From Piromyces finnis finn (Eukaryota; Fungi; Neocallimastigomycota), in NCBI GenBank assembly GCA_002104945.1, contig MCFH01000067.1, forward strand, positions 124,001 through 188,000: a stretch of 64,000 bases of DNA. Direction: 5' to 3'. The translations under genes were made by a program, and so were the position numbers. Below are positions 42,565 to 54,680 of the stretch, one piece after another (position 1 is the first letter of the stretch; the number at the start of each line of letters is the position of its first letter). Under the pieces are notes generated by a model. That model was not told where the DNA came from, ran no database searches, and saw only the letters and a program-made list of their open reading frames with translations.

Positions 42565-45091
42565 GCTGCGTACAACTTTGAAATAATATATCGGCCAGGA
42601 AAAATGAATGGTAGAGCCGATATACTCTCAAGGATGGTATCTCCAGAACAAGTACATCTGGAGATGGAAAAAGCTAGCCTCCTTCGACCAGAATAAGTAA
42701 AGGAATTTCCACCCATGGAAGAAGAGTGCTATGCGGTGTTAGAAGTAAGCTTTGTAGGAGAACTTAAACAAGCTTACAATACAGATGAGCTCGCAAGAGA
42801 AATTAGAGAAGATCTTAATGCAAAAAGAGGCCACAAGCTCATCAAGAAGAAGTGGTTGGAAGTAAATGGGTTGATTGTTAGGAAAGATGCACCTGAACGT
42901 ATATATGTACCAAAGGTATTAAGTGTAAAGAAATGTGTCTTTAACAATAAAAAACAAATTATAATATTTACTAAATAACTTAGTAATATTTAAAATATTC
43001 TGTAAATTATTAATTTATAAAAATATTATTAAAACCACATAGAATTTAACTTAATAAGTTAGTGTTTAATAATATAATTATTTATTAATAAAATCTCGAT
43101 TTTTTAAAATATTTGGGAAAATTCACTCGTATTTATACTAAAAATTTTTTAAATTAATTTATAAAATTTTTTCAACTTAAAATTCTTAACCAATCAATAA
43201 TCTTCATATAAAATAAAATTTAAAAATAAAATAAAATAAAATTATAATTTTTAAAATAGTATCTATGAGGTCTCGAACTAGTGTCATTCAGACTCAAAGT
43301 CTTAGCTATTTCTAGTATTCGTTACATTAAGGGAAACAATCATCAAACTCAACCACGATAGTGAAACATCAGGTCATCTGGGTAATGATAAAACTTATGA
43401 CCTGATAGCCAGAAACTACTACTGGCCCAAAATGAAAGATGACGTTGCGGGTTATATTAAAGCTTGTACCATATGTTGTACTCAAAAGGACAACAGGCAT
43501 AAGCCGTACGGTAGCGCTACTAGGGTAAAAGTTGCAGACTTACCTTGGCAATAATTAGAAATCGACTTCCTGACGGACCTATCTATCAAGGAACGAAGAA
43601 AACTAGGTAGTGATCCTTCAGAACCACTAGAAGTCACTCGTAGGAATTGTATCATGGTTTGTAGTAATAAGCTTACCAAGATGATACACTTGGGATTTAA
43701 GAGTATGCCTACTGCAAAAGAAACAGCATTAGTATACTTACAACATGTGTTCAAACTACATGGTTGTCCTAAATCAGTTACGACTGACCTTGGTGTTTAG
43801 TTCACCAGTAAGTTGTGGAAGAACTTTATTGGGCTCTTTGGCGTAGAAGTAAACCTTGCTACTACCAGTCATCATAAAACGGTTGGTCAGGTAGAACCCA
43901 ATAACTCCAACGTTAGTATGTACCTGAGGTGCTTTGTGAAGACCTTTGATGACGACGAATGGTTGAAGTACTTATACCAACTCTTGGAAGAGTAAGAGGC
44001 AAAATAGTTTTATTTTTAAGGATTGAATTTTTCTATAGAAAAGGTAATATTAATTTTTCTGATGTTGATCCCAATGAACCAACAAAAGAATCTGACAAAG
44101 AATATGTTCCAATAGGATTTTATAGAAATATAGATGATAAAGGAAAATGTAATTCTTTCCCCATTTTTATTATTTTTGAATTTAATAATGAAGTTTGTAA
44201 AGTGGAAGAAAAGGAAAATTTCCGTTATCAAGATAATTACCAACTTACCCCAGATATAAAATGGTCGTTAGTTGAAAGTATACTATTAGAAAAAAGTGGA
44301 TTTAATGATAAAAATAATGGTCTAACTCATACAATGAATTTTATGAATACTGCCTTTTTAAATAATCTCCTTATATCAAGCGGTGCAAATTATATTAATA
44401 CAAAATTATCAAATTTTCTTAATTTTCATGAAGTACCAAATGAATATGTTATACGAGCAGTATATAATTCAAATTTTGAAACTAAATCTTCGATTGTTAA
44501 ATTTATGGATTATAATTTTGATTATGAAATCGATGAATTATTGGAAGGATTTGTACATGTCTATGATTTTTTTGCGATGTTTATGAAGATGTTAAAAATT
44601 TCGCGGAGGATGTTGGAGATTTTGTGAAGGACAGCATTTCTTATATTATTGGAGGGTTGTTTAATTCGGATTCAACTGATCCCTCTTCCCTTCTACAGGC
44701 TACAAGCCAGAAAATACGGACCCTTCAAGGTTATTGGAATTGATAAAAGCAAGCTTAACTACCGCCTGGACATTAGTAAATCACCTTTCCCTAACGTCTA
44801 TCCTGTGTTTTACATTAGTGAGTTGGAACCATACCACAATAAACCAGAAGAACCAATACCGGTACCAGAAGACTACCAGAAAATTATCAAAATCCTTAAT
44901 GCCAGAAGAAAAAAGGACAACTACCAGTATCTAGCTACCTTTAGTGACTTTAGGCAAGAGTGGGTTAATGCTGATATCATTGACAAGAATGCCCACTATG
45001 ATAAACTATTAAAAGAATTCCAAGATAAATGTTACCAGGAATTCATGGTTAGAGTCCAAAACCCTTCCTAAGTTTTCTCTTTAGGGGGCAT
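42565..45091 (+). mobile_element. Decayed Ty3/Gypsy chromovirus pol (RNase H end, integrase, chromodomain, PPT)
   Basis: YNFEIIYRPGKMNGRADILSR; zinc finger H..SGHLGNDKTYDLIARNYYWP..CTIC; core DFLTDL, LHGCPKSVTTD, HHKTVGQVE; KYGPFKV..VYPVFYISELEPY; chromo-like IIKILNARRK..YQYLATFSDF..EWV. PPT AGGGGGCA at 45083-45090. Stops are present, plus an AT-rich insert at about 42950-43265. Confidence 0.9.
43975..44672 (+). pseudogene. C-terminal fragment of a bacterial-type PI-PLC X-domain protein embedded in the Gypsy integrase region
   Basis: IPTLGRVRGKIVLFLR matches the PI-PLC PTLGxxRGKIVL motif. It is followed by QDNYQL..KW, MNF..., A.YIN.KL..FL and MDY. After a T7 run another frame reads DVYEDVKNFAEDVGDFVKDSISYIIGGLFNSD. 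Recognised by motif only. Confidence 0.7.
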
Positions 45092-46378
45092 TGTAAGAAA
45101 TATTTGTGACCATAAGTTTTCCTATAAATATTTCAATTGAAACCATATATTCTGGTTAACATTTATTGGCCAGAATTATGCATAACCATATATTAATGGT
45201 TATTAATTAAATAGGAAGTTTATTTATTTTACCCAATCAAGTAGTAAAGTAAATAAACCAATATAGTTAAATAGTACAGTGTAAACAAACATTAAATACT
45301 TTAGCGTTAGTATTACAGTAAATTAATAATTATAATAATAATTAATGTATAATAATTATAATTAATAAATAAAAGATATAATTAAAAAAAATTATTTAAG
45401 GAAATTTATTTCATAATAATATTTATTTGTTTATATTTATTTTTGTGTTATAATATTTATTTTAGTTCTTTTATTATTTTTTTTATAAAACTTTAGTTAT
45501 TAACTCGTATAGAGAGGTAATGTAAAAATATAAAATTTAAAACAGATTTTATATCTAAAACAAAACAATTTTTATTAACACAAAAATAAAAAATAAACAT
45601 TAGATTTTTATTTTAAGAAAACATTTTATTTAAACTCTTAAAAATATTATTAACTATATAATAGTTAATAATTAAAAAATTGAAAATAACAATTACATCG
45701 ATTTAATAAACAAAAACTACATGTATTTATATTTTTTCATAATTATATTCTAGTATATTATTCTATTTAAATAAACATATATTTAATATAAAATAAACAA
45801 AACTAATCTAATTAAATAATAAAATAATAAAACTAAACTAAAACTAATTCATTATACTTTTAATTCAATTTGAGTAAACTCAAAATTGAATAAAGCTCAT
45901 GTATTTTCTATAAATTAATTTAATATTATCAATACTATTCTTAATATATTTCCTATTGAACTATAAACAAATCTATTTTTAAAACTAAGTTAAAATTATT
46001 AAACTATTCTAAATTTAAATAAAAAAGTATAATCTATTCTAAAATTAAATAAAAAGTATTTAAAAAAATATTTTAATTATTTAAAATATTTGAAATATTT
46101 AAATTTAGTTAAAATTCTTTTATTCCTTAAATTTAAATATTTATCTTAATTTAAATTTAACGGAATTATTATAAAATAATTTATTATTAAATTATTCCAT
46201 AATTTATTCAAAAATTTTATAATCAATTTTACTAAATATTAATTTATTATTTAATAATTAATAATTAATTATTAAATAATCTAAAGATATATATTATATC
46301 TTTACAGGTAATAACTAACTTAACTTATTAACTAATAATATAATAAACCTTTAACAAACAATACTTGATATCGTTACA
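45092..46378 (+). mobile_element. Probable 3' LTR of the Gypsy element, interrupted by a solo LTR
   Basis: Begins TGTAAG immediately after the PPT. After removing 45521-46311, the sequence runs on through AATAAA to ...GATATCGTTACA at 46378. Confidence 0.5.
45521..46306. mobile_element. Solo LTR family R, 786 bp, 5-bp TSD GGTAA
   Basis: Termini TGTAAA...TTTACA; GGTAA at 45516-45520 and 46307-46311. Confidence 0.85.
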
Positions 46379-46447
46379 TCCAGGGAGTCTAAAGTTCTAT
46401 CGCCTTTTATCGAAAGAGCCCATTTTTTGGAAGGTCCATGAAGTTTG

Positions 46448-47174
46448 TGTAAAGATATAAAGTATATCTTTAAATTATTTAATAATTAATTAATAATTAT
46501 TGAATAATAATTTTGATATTTTAATGAAAAAATTGTTTATAAAATTTATTGTATAAATTTTATGGAATAATTAAATAAATATTAATTTTAAAATATCAAA
46601 GTTAGAAATGAAATTTGGATAAATATTTAAATTAATGGATAATTAAATTTAAATATTTTAAATATTCAAATTAAATCTTAAAAAGTTTTTATTTAATTAA
46701 AATTAGTTTAATAACTTTAGCGTAGTTTTAAATTAGTATTTTTAATTATAAATATATAATAAATAGTATTATTAATATTTAATTAATATATAGGTAATAC
46801 ATGGACTGTATTCAATTTGCAGTTTACTCAAATTGAATCAAAAGTGTATTTAATTAGTTTTAGTTTAGTTTTATTATTTTATTATTTAATTAAATTAGTA
46901 TTAAATTAGTTTTGTTTATTTTATATTGAATATATGTATAATTAAATAGAATAGTATATTAAAATATAATTTACAAAAAATATAAATACATGTAAAATTT
47001 CTTGATTAAAACGATGTAATTGTTATTGACTATTATTTAGTTAATAACTAAATAAAATTAATAAAAGAGATATTTTTTTAAATATAATTTATTTTCTTGT
47101 TTTTTCTTTATTTTGTGTTGTTGTTTTATTGTAAAAAATTTTATAATCTGTTTTACATTTATAAAACTTTTACA
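46448..47174. mobile_element. Solo LTR family R copy (opposite orientation, diverged, no TSD seen)
   Basis: Starts TGTAAAGATAT and ends CTTTTACA; homologous to 45521-46306. Confidence 0.7.
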
Positions 47175-47264
47175 ATATCTAATCTATTATAATAACAATA
47201 CAAAATATAAAATATGGTTTATAAAAATTGGTTTATAAAATATCTTTTTATTATAATAGAATTT

Positions 47265-47752
47265 TATTAATAACAATTACATTGATCAAATGATGAAAAA
47301 CATCTTCTATTTATATTTTTCCTAAATGCATTTATATTATATTATAACCATTTATTTAAAATATATTATTATTTAAAATTTATACTAAAATCTTAATTAT
47401 TAATAAAATATTTTAAGTTATAACTATTTTAATAAAATACAATTGGCAATTCAAATTAAATACTATTCAATTTGAATATGTATCCATGTATTATTAAAAT
47501 ATTAATAATTTAATAATTATATACTATATATCTATTTCTATCAAAAAGAATACTAAAACTAGGAGTTTAACTTGAGAAATTTAATTTATTTGTTAAATAT
47601 TAATAATTTATTTTGTTTTAAACTTTACTTATTAATAAGTAAATTATGTCTCATTTTCTTTTTCTGTAATATAATTCGTGTAACCTAAACAATAATATTT
47701 ATGACTTAAGTTACATTAAAGATATCAAATTGTGGCGTTTGATATTTTTACA
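47265..47752. mobile_element. Repeat family S (LTR-like relative of family R) with terminal hairpin
   Basis: Homologous to 54681-55172, to pieces at 49250-49430 and 49800-49938, and to mirror copies in the right arm. Ends GATATCAA-N10-TTGATAT...TTTACA. Confidence 0.55.
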
Positions 47753-48039
47753 TTATTTAGATGAGCTACAAATATTTGACTTTTAATTACACTTTTTATT
47801 CTGTTTTTATTCATAAATTTATGTTAGTATTAAATATTTCTTAATGTTTTGTTGTAGTTATTGTTGCTTTTGGAAAGTTTCTCCTCTTGAATTAATATTC
47901 TTTGTTTTCATTAAATAGATAGTACGATCACTATCAAAAAAAAAAAAAAAAAGAATTTGATGTAGTTATTTCTACAATTTAACAAACTGTTTCAATTATT
48001 TTTATGTATTAATAAAATAATATTATAATTAAACATAAA

Positions 48040-48340
48040 TATAATAAAACAATCATTATTATTAAAAGTAATGATATAAAAATAAATAAATATAATAAAA
48101 CAATTATTATTAAAAGTAATGATATAAAAATAAATAAATATAATAAAACAATCATTATTATTAAAAGTAATGATATAAAAATAAATAAATATAATAAAAC
48201 AATCATTATTATTAAAAGTAATGATATAAAAATAAATAAATATAATAAAACAATCATTATTATTAAAAGTAATGATATAAAAATAAATAAATATAATAAA
48301 ACAATCATTATTATTAAAAGTAATGATATAAAAATAAAAA
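48040..48340. repeat. 51-bp minisatellite, ~6 units
   Basis: Unit TATAATAAAACAATCATTATTATTAAAAGTAATGATATAAAAATAAATAAA; one unit is 3 bp shorter. Confidence 0.9.
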
Positions 48341-48482
48341 AAAAATAACAATTAATCATTTTTGATTTAAAGTGTTTTTATGTTTTTTTTTATGTTAAAA
48401 TTATATATTATAATTAATCATTCATTATATATATTGAAAAGTTGATTTTTTTATTAATGTCAATGACAATGAAAAAAGTACT

Positions 48483-49020
48483 ATGTCAATTACTTATGAG
48501 TCAGAACAAGACCTCTTTGAAGAGGTTGAAATTCAAGATGAAATGGTTCAACTCACCAATTTAATTAAAGAAAACGAATTTGACGTAGTTATTACAACAA
48601 TTGAATGCAATGTTTCAATTGAGTTTTTTAAATATAAAGTAAATTAATATCAGCAAATTCGCCGTTTTCAAAATGGTGAAATTAAATTGCCACTATATTC
48701 TGCAATTTCAAAAAATCATTTTAAATTAGAATTCATTATCAGTAAAGAAGGTGATATTAATTTTACTCAATAATATTAACATCGCAAAATTAGATTGAAA
48801 AAAATTTACTAACCACTAAAGTCTTTCATGTATTTCCCACTTGGCGAAAGAATATTTATGCTATAAAAAATTTCCTAGAGTGGTACACTCTGGCATTGAA
48901 ATATAATAATTGTGAATTCATGATATATGTTCTTGACGAAAGCATATCAGATCAAAAGGTGAAATTTATTTTAAAAGAATTAAAAAGAATTGGTAATGCC
49001 TATATTATCTATGACAATTA
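48483..49020 (+). pseudogene. Degraded ankyrin-like gene fragment (mirror copy at about 50560-51096, minus strand)
   Basis: Reads MSITYESEQDLFEEVEIQDEM..., then LPLYSAISKNHFKLEFIISKEGDINF, resembling ankyrin PLxxAIxxNxFxIxxxL..GADIN. Multiple stops. Confidence 0.45.
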
Positions 49021-49936
49021 AAAATCAAGAATTTAAATATTTTAATAAATATGATTATTACAATGAATAGATATCTAGTAATAATTTTTAAATTATTTTT
49101 TTTTTGTTGTATTAATAAAAAAAAATATGTGATAATTTAATTTCAAAAATAAACTATAAATAAAATATAAATATAAAATAAAATATAATAAAATTAAAAT
49201 ATAAAAATAAAATATTTCTTAAAGTATATGTAAATATATCAAACGTCACAGCTTGATATCTTTAATGTAACTTAAGCCATAAATATTGCTGTTTAAGTTA
49301 CATAAATTATATTACAGAAAAAGAAAATATACTTTTTATTAATTATAGTTTAAACCAAAATAAATTACTAATTTATTTTTAATTTTTGACAAATAGATTT
49401 CTAATGTTATTTTCATTAATATTATCAAAATTATCTTTTAAAAAATTTTATTAATAAATCTTATTTAAATAATTTTTTTTCATTTAAATTTAGAATAGTT
49501 TAATAATTTTAACTTAGTTTTAAAAATAGATTTATTTATATTTCAATAGGAAATATATTAATAGTATTGATAATATTAAATTAATTTATAGAAAATACAT
49601 GGGCTTTATTAAAATATTTATTTCGTATTAATTAAAATATTTTAATAAATATTTTAATTAATACGAAATAAAGTTAAAATATTTAATATTAATGAGTTTT
49701 GGAGGTAAAAATAAATAATTTATGGTTGATTAATTAGTAATATAAAAGTATCGCATTAAATTCACTGTGGCGTAAAATGTGGCTTATCAATTTTTATAGG
49801 TTTATATTACAGAAAAATAAAATAGAGCATAATTTATTTATTAATTATTAAAGTTTAAAACAAAACAAATTGTTAATTTATTTTTAATGTTTAACAAATA
49901 AATTAAATTTCTCAATTTAAATCCCTAGTTTTAGTA

Positions 49937-50217
49937 TTGTACGATATTTCCAATCATAATGCTAAGCCTCATATAGTCAGCACGATCACGTGATAAATGA
50001 CCCCTAAATGGTTTTACACTTAAATTGATTAAGGAATGTTGCTTGTGTATTTGGCATAGCCTAAGTCATCACTTATAAAGTTATAATTTAAAATGCATCA
50101 TGTACACTTTGACCCTTTCAGGCCGTCTAGACGAGTGTTAATATCATAATAGAAAATTGGAAAGTGCATTAATACTTACCTGAATATCTTAACCCAACCA
50201 TAGCAAAACCCAATGGG
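49937..50217 (-). mobile_element. Internal fragment of the tRNA-Ala SINE
   Basis: Aligns to about 11273-11548 of the full copy (GTACGATATTTC...ATACTTACCTGAATATC...AACCCAACC); lacks head and tail. Confidence 0.85.
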
Positions 50218-51239
50218 TTTAAACTTTAATAATTAATAAAAAGTATATTTTCTTTTTCTGTAATATAATTTATGTAACTTAAACAGCAATATTTATGGCT
50301 TAAGTTACATTAAAGATATCAAGCTGTGACGTTTGATATATTTACATATACTTTAAGAAATATTTTATTTTTATATTTTAATTTTATTATATTTTATTTT
50401 ATATTTATATTTTATTTATAGTTTATTTTTGAAATTAAATTATCACATATTTTTTTTTATTAATACAACAAAAAAAAAATAATTTAAAAATTATTACTAG
50501 ATATCTATTCATTGTAATAATCATATTTATTAAAATATTTAAATTCTTGATTTTTAATTGTCATAGATAATATAGGCATTACCAATTCTTTTTAATTCTT
50601 TTAAAATAAATTTCACCTTTTGATCTGATATGCTTTCGTCAAGAACATATATCATGAATTCACAATTATTATATTTCAATGCCAGAGTGTACCACTCTAG
50701 GAAATTTTTTATAGCATAAATATTCTTTCGCCAAGTGGGAAATACATGAAAGACTTTAGTGGTTAGTAAATTTTTTTCAATCTAATTTTGCGATGTTAAT
50801 ATTATTGAGTAAAATTAATATCACCTTCTTTACTGATAATGAATTCTAATTTAAAATGATTTTTTGAAATTGCAGAATATAGTGGCAATTTAATTTCACC
50901 ATTTTGAAAACGGCGAATTTGCTGATATTAATTTACTTTATATTTAAAAAACTCAATTGAAACATTGCATTCAATTGTTGTAATAACTACGTCAAATTCG
51001 TTTTCTTTAATTAAATTGGTGAGTTGAACCATTTCATCTTGAATTTCAACCTCTTCAAAGAGGTCTTGTTCTGACTCATAAGTAATTGACATAGTACTTT
51101 TTTCATTGTCATTGACATTAATAAAAAAATCAACTTTTCAATATATATAATGAATGATTAATTATAATATATAATTTTAACATAAAAAAAAACATAAAAA
51201 CACTTTAAATCAAAAATGATTAATTGTTATTTTTTTTTT

Positions 51240-51690
51240 ATTTTTATATCATTACTTTTAATAATAATGATTGTTTTATTATATTTATTTATTTTTATAT
51301 CATTACTTTTAATAATAATGATTGTTTTATTATATTTATTTATTTTTATATCATTACTTTTAATAATAATGATTGTTTTATTATATTTATTTATTTTTAT
51401 ATCATTACTTTTAATAATAATGATTGTTTTATTATATTTATTTATTTTTATATCATTACTTTTAATAATAATGATTGTTTTATTATATTTATTTATTTTT
51501 ATATCATTACTTTTAATAATAATGATTGTTTTATTATATTTATTTATTTTTATATCATTACTTTTAATAATAATGATTGTTTTATTATATTTATTTATTT
51601 TTATATCATTACTTTTAATAATAATTGTTTTATTATATTTATTTATTTTTATATCATTACTTTTAATAATAATGATTGTTTTATTATATT
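51240..51690. repeat. 51-bp minisatellite, ~9 units (mirror of 48040-48340)
   Basis: Reverse complement of the same unit; ORF-track translations show the 17-aa periodicity. Confidence 0.9.
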
Positions 51691-52606
51691 TATGTTTAAT
51701 TATAATATTATTTTATTAATACATAAAAATAATTGAAACAGTTTGTTAAATTGTAGAAATAACTACATCAAATTCTTTTTTTTTTTTTTTTTGATAGTGA
51801 TCGTACTATCTATTTAATGAAAACAAAGAATATTAATTCAAGAGGAGAAACTTTCCAAAAGCAACAATAACTACAACAAAACATTAAGAAATATTTAATA
51901 CTAACATAAATTTATGAATAAAAACAGAATAAAAAGTGTAATTAAAAGTCAAATATTTGTAGCTCATCTAAATAATGTAAAAATATCAAACGCCACAATT
52001 TGATATCTTTAATGTAACTTAAGTCATAAATATTATTGTTTAGGTTACACGAATTATATTACAGAAAAAGAAAATGAGACATAATTTACTTATTAATAAG
52101 TAAAGTTTAAAACAAAATAAATTATTAATATTTAACAAATAAATTAAATTTCTCAAGTTAAACTCCTAGTTTTAGTATTCTTTTTGATAGAAATAGATAT
52201 ATAGTATATAATTATTAAATTATTAATATTTTAATAATACATGGATACATATTCAAATTGAATAGTATTTAATTTGAATTGCCAATTGTATTTTATTAAA
52301 ATAGTTATAACTTAAAATATTTTATTAATAATTAAGATTTTAGTATAAATTTTAAATAATAATATATTTTAAATAAATGGTTATAATATAATATAAATGC
52401 ATTTAGGAAAAATATAAATAGAAGATGTTTTTCGTCATTTGATCAATGTAATTGTTATTAATAAAATTCTATTATAATAAAAAGATATTTTATAAACCAA
52501 TTTTTATTTATTTTATTCATAAATTTTGTGTTATTGTAATAGAATATAAATCAATTTCATATAACGTCAAATCAAGAAATTGGAAATTACAAGAGTTAGG
52601 GGTTAG

Positions 52607-53150
52607 TTTTTTTTAACTTCCGAGTGTATTTCTCCCATCAATCAGAATAAGCTCCATGGTGGTTCTTAGAGAAACATTGGCTCTTTCATATTGCTAGATG
52701 GTTGTGATACTCCTGGTCTGTCATACAGAATCTTCATCTTCGACTCTCACTTAATTCATGTATATTAGATGCATGCCATTTTACGATATTTCCAACCATA
52801 ATGCTAAGCCTCATATAGTCAACATGATCACGTGATAAAGTCCTCTAAATGTTTACACTTAAATTGATTAAGGAATGTTGCCTGTGTATTTGGCATAGCC
52901 TAAATCATCACTTATAAAGTTCTAATTTGAAATGCATCATGTACACTTTGACCCTTTCAGGCCGGCTAGAAGAGAGTTAATATCATAGTAGAAAATTAGA
53001 AAGTGCATTAATACTTACCTGAATATCTTAACCCAACCCATAGCAAAACTAATTGGGAAAATCCACAGACATTAACATCTGCGAATCGAACTAAAAGCTT
53101 ATGGAAACGTCTTAACAACCATTAACAACCAGGGTAAAAACTGTAACGAT
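52607..53150 (-). mobile_element. Older near-full-length copy of the tRNA-Ala SINE
   Basis: Colinear with 11100-11642. Short T8 tail, ~10-nt deletion in the anticodon region, degenerate B-box, no TSD visible. Confidence 0.85.
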
Positions 53151-53329
53151 TTACACTATCAAATGATAAAATGAAAAGCTTTTTTTAATCAATCAAAAGA
53201 TAATATTTAATTCTGGAATATCAATTTCTAAAAATAATTTGATTACGTTGATTATTCCAGAATTAAATAGTTATTAATAAAATTTATATTATTGTATATT
53301 TGTAACTTTTAATAAACCAGTAGATAGCA

Positions 53330-53891
53330 AAAGTAAAAGTAGAGTTAGTATTGATACATATATCTCAGGACGAGTTTTTTATAAAAATTCTAAATTGGTA
53401 TTGTACATGTATAATCAGTTAAGAAATACTTATTTTACACCACCACTGGAAGATGTATTTGGAATTTTTAAATATGTCAAGTGATATTAAAGTTGTAATG
53501 ATAGGTGACATGCCGTATAAAAATACCTGTGATATTTCTGATAACATTAGTAACCAAAAATTCTAGTCCACCATTATTACTGGATTGTATTTACAAAAAT
53601 TCGGAAAATACAGTAGTTTCTTTTCAGCGACTGTATAATCATCGTTTAGATAAATGATTAGCAAATGGAATATTTTTATCTTTTGTTTTAAGAACTATTG
53701 CTAATCCTTTGCCTTATCATTATCATTTGTTATGGGAACAATTTATTAATAATTTAGTACAATATATTTCAAATGACTATCCTGTTGTTTTTATGTTATT
53801 TGGTTCAAAAGTAATTTCAGTTCGAAAGTCCATTAATGAAATTAAGTCATCGGTGATGAAAGTTCCACATCTGATTTATGAATATACTAGT
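53330..53891 (+). pseudogene. Divergent family-1 uracil-DNA glycosylase pseudogene
   Basis: Across frameshifts: YFTPPLEDVFGIFKY; DIKVVMIGDMPY (53483-53518, cf. VKVVILGQDPY); SPP; LDK*LANGIF (cf. WAxQGVL); HYHLLWEQFINNLVQYIS (cf. H..GWExFT); VVFMLFG (cf. VFLLWG); VMKVPH. Cut at the 3' end by a family R LTR. Confidence 0.75.
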
Positions 53892-54680
53892 TGTAAAGAT
53901 ATAATATATATATCTTTAGATTATTTAATAATTAACTATTAATTATTAAATAATAAATTAATATTTATTAAAATTAACTATGAAATTTTTAATATTCAAT
54001 GGAATAATTTAATAATAAATTGTTTTATAATAATTCCGTTAAAATTAAATTAAGATAAATATTTAAATTTAAGGAATAAAAGAATTTTAACTAAATTTAA
54101 ATATTTCAAATATTTTAAATAATTAAAATATTTTTTTAAATACTTTTTATTTAATTTTAGAATAGATTATACTTTTTTATTTAAATTTAGAATAGTTTAA
54201 TAATTTTAACTTAGTTTTAAAAATAGATTTGTTTATAGTTCAATAGGAAATATATTAAGAATAGTATTGATAATATTAAATTAATTTATAGATAATACAT
54301 GGACTTTATTCAATTTTGAGTTTACTCAAATTGAATTAAAAGTATAATGAATTAGTTTTAGTTTAGTTTTATTATTTTATTATTTAATTAGATTAGTTTT
54401 GTTTATTTTATATTAAATATATGTTTATTTAAATAGAATAATATACTAGAATATAATTATGAAGAAATATAAATACATGTAATTTTTATTTGTTAAATCA
54501 ATGTAATTGTTATTTTAAATTTTTTAATTATTAACTATTATATAGTTAATAATCTTTTTAAGAGTTTTAAATAAAATGATTTTTAAAATAAAAATTTAAT
54601 GTTTTATTTTTTTATTTTTGTGTTAATAAAAATTGTTTTGTTTTAAGTATAAAATCTGTTTTAAATTTTATACTTTTACA
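53892..54680. mobile_element. Solo LTR family R, 789 bp, no matching TSD
   Basis: TGTAAAGATAT...CTTTTACA; flanks CTAGT and ATAAC differ. Confidence 0.75.

Larger units (their letters stand above)
47222..52506. repeat. Large inverted repeat: arms about 47222-49357 and 50217-52506, spacer ~860 bp
   Basis: Arms are near-identical reverse complements by eye. The length difference (~153 bp) equals three extra 51-bp minisatellite units in the right arm. Confidence 0.9.

Noticed and set aside
45092-45317. Short 226-bp version of the Gypsy 3' LTR ending at TATTACA
   Set aside because: Possible, but the longer version ending GATATCGTTACA (46378) has an AATAAA near its end and a better terminal inverted match. 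Unresolved without the 5' LTR.
48009-51736. 51-bp arrays as CRISPR or as real hydrophobic repeat proteins (ORFs 47992, 48009, 51216, 51224)
   Set aside because: Units are head-to-tail with no unique spacers, the host is eukaryotic, and no cas genes are present. Frames stay open on both strands only because the unit length is a multiple of 3.
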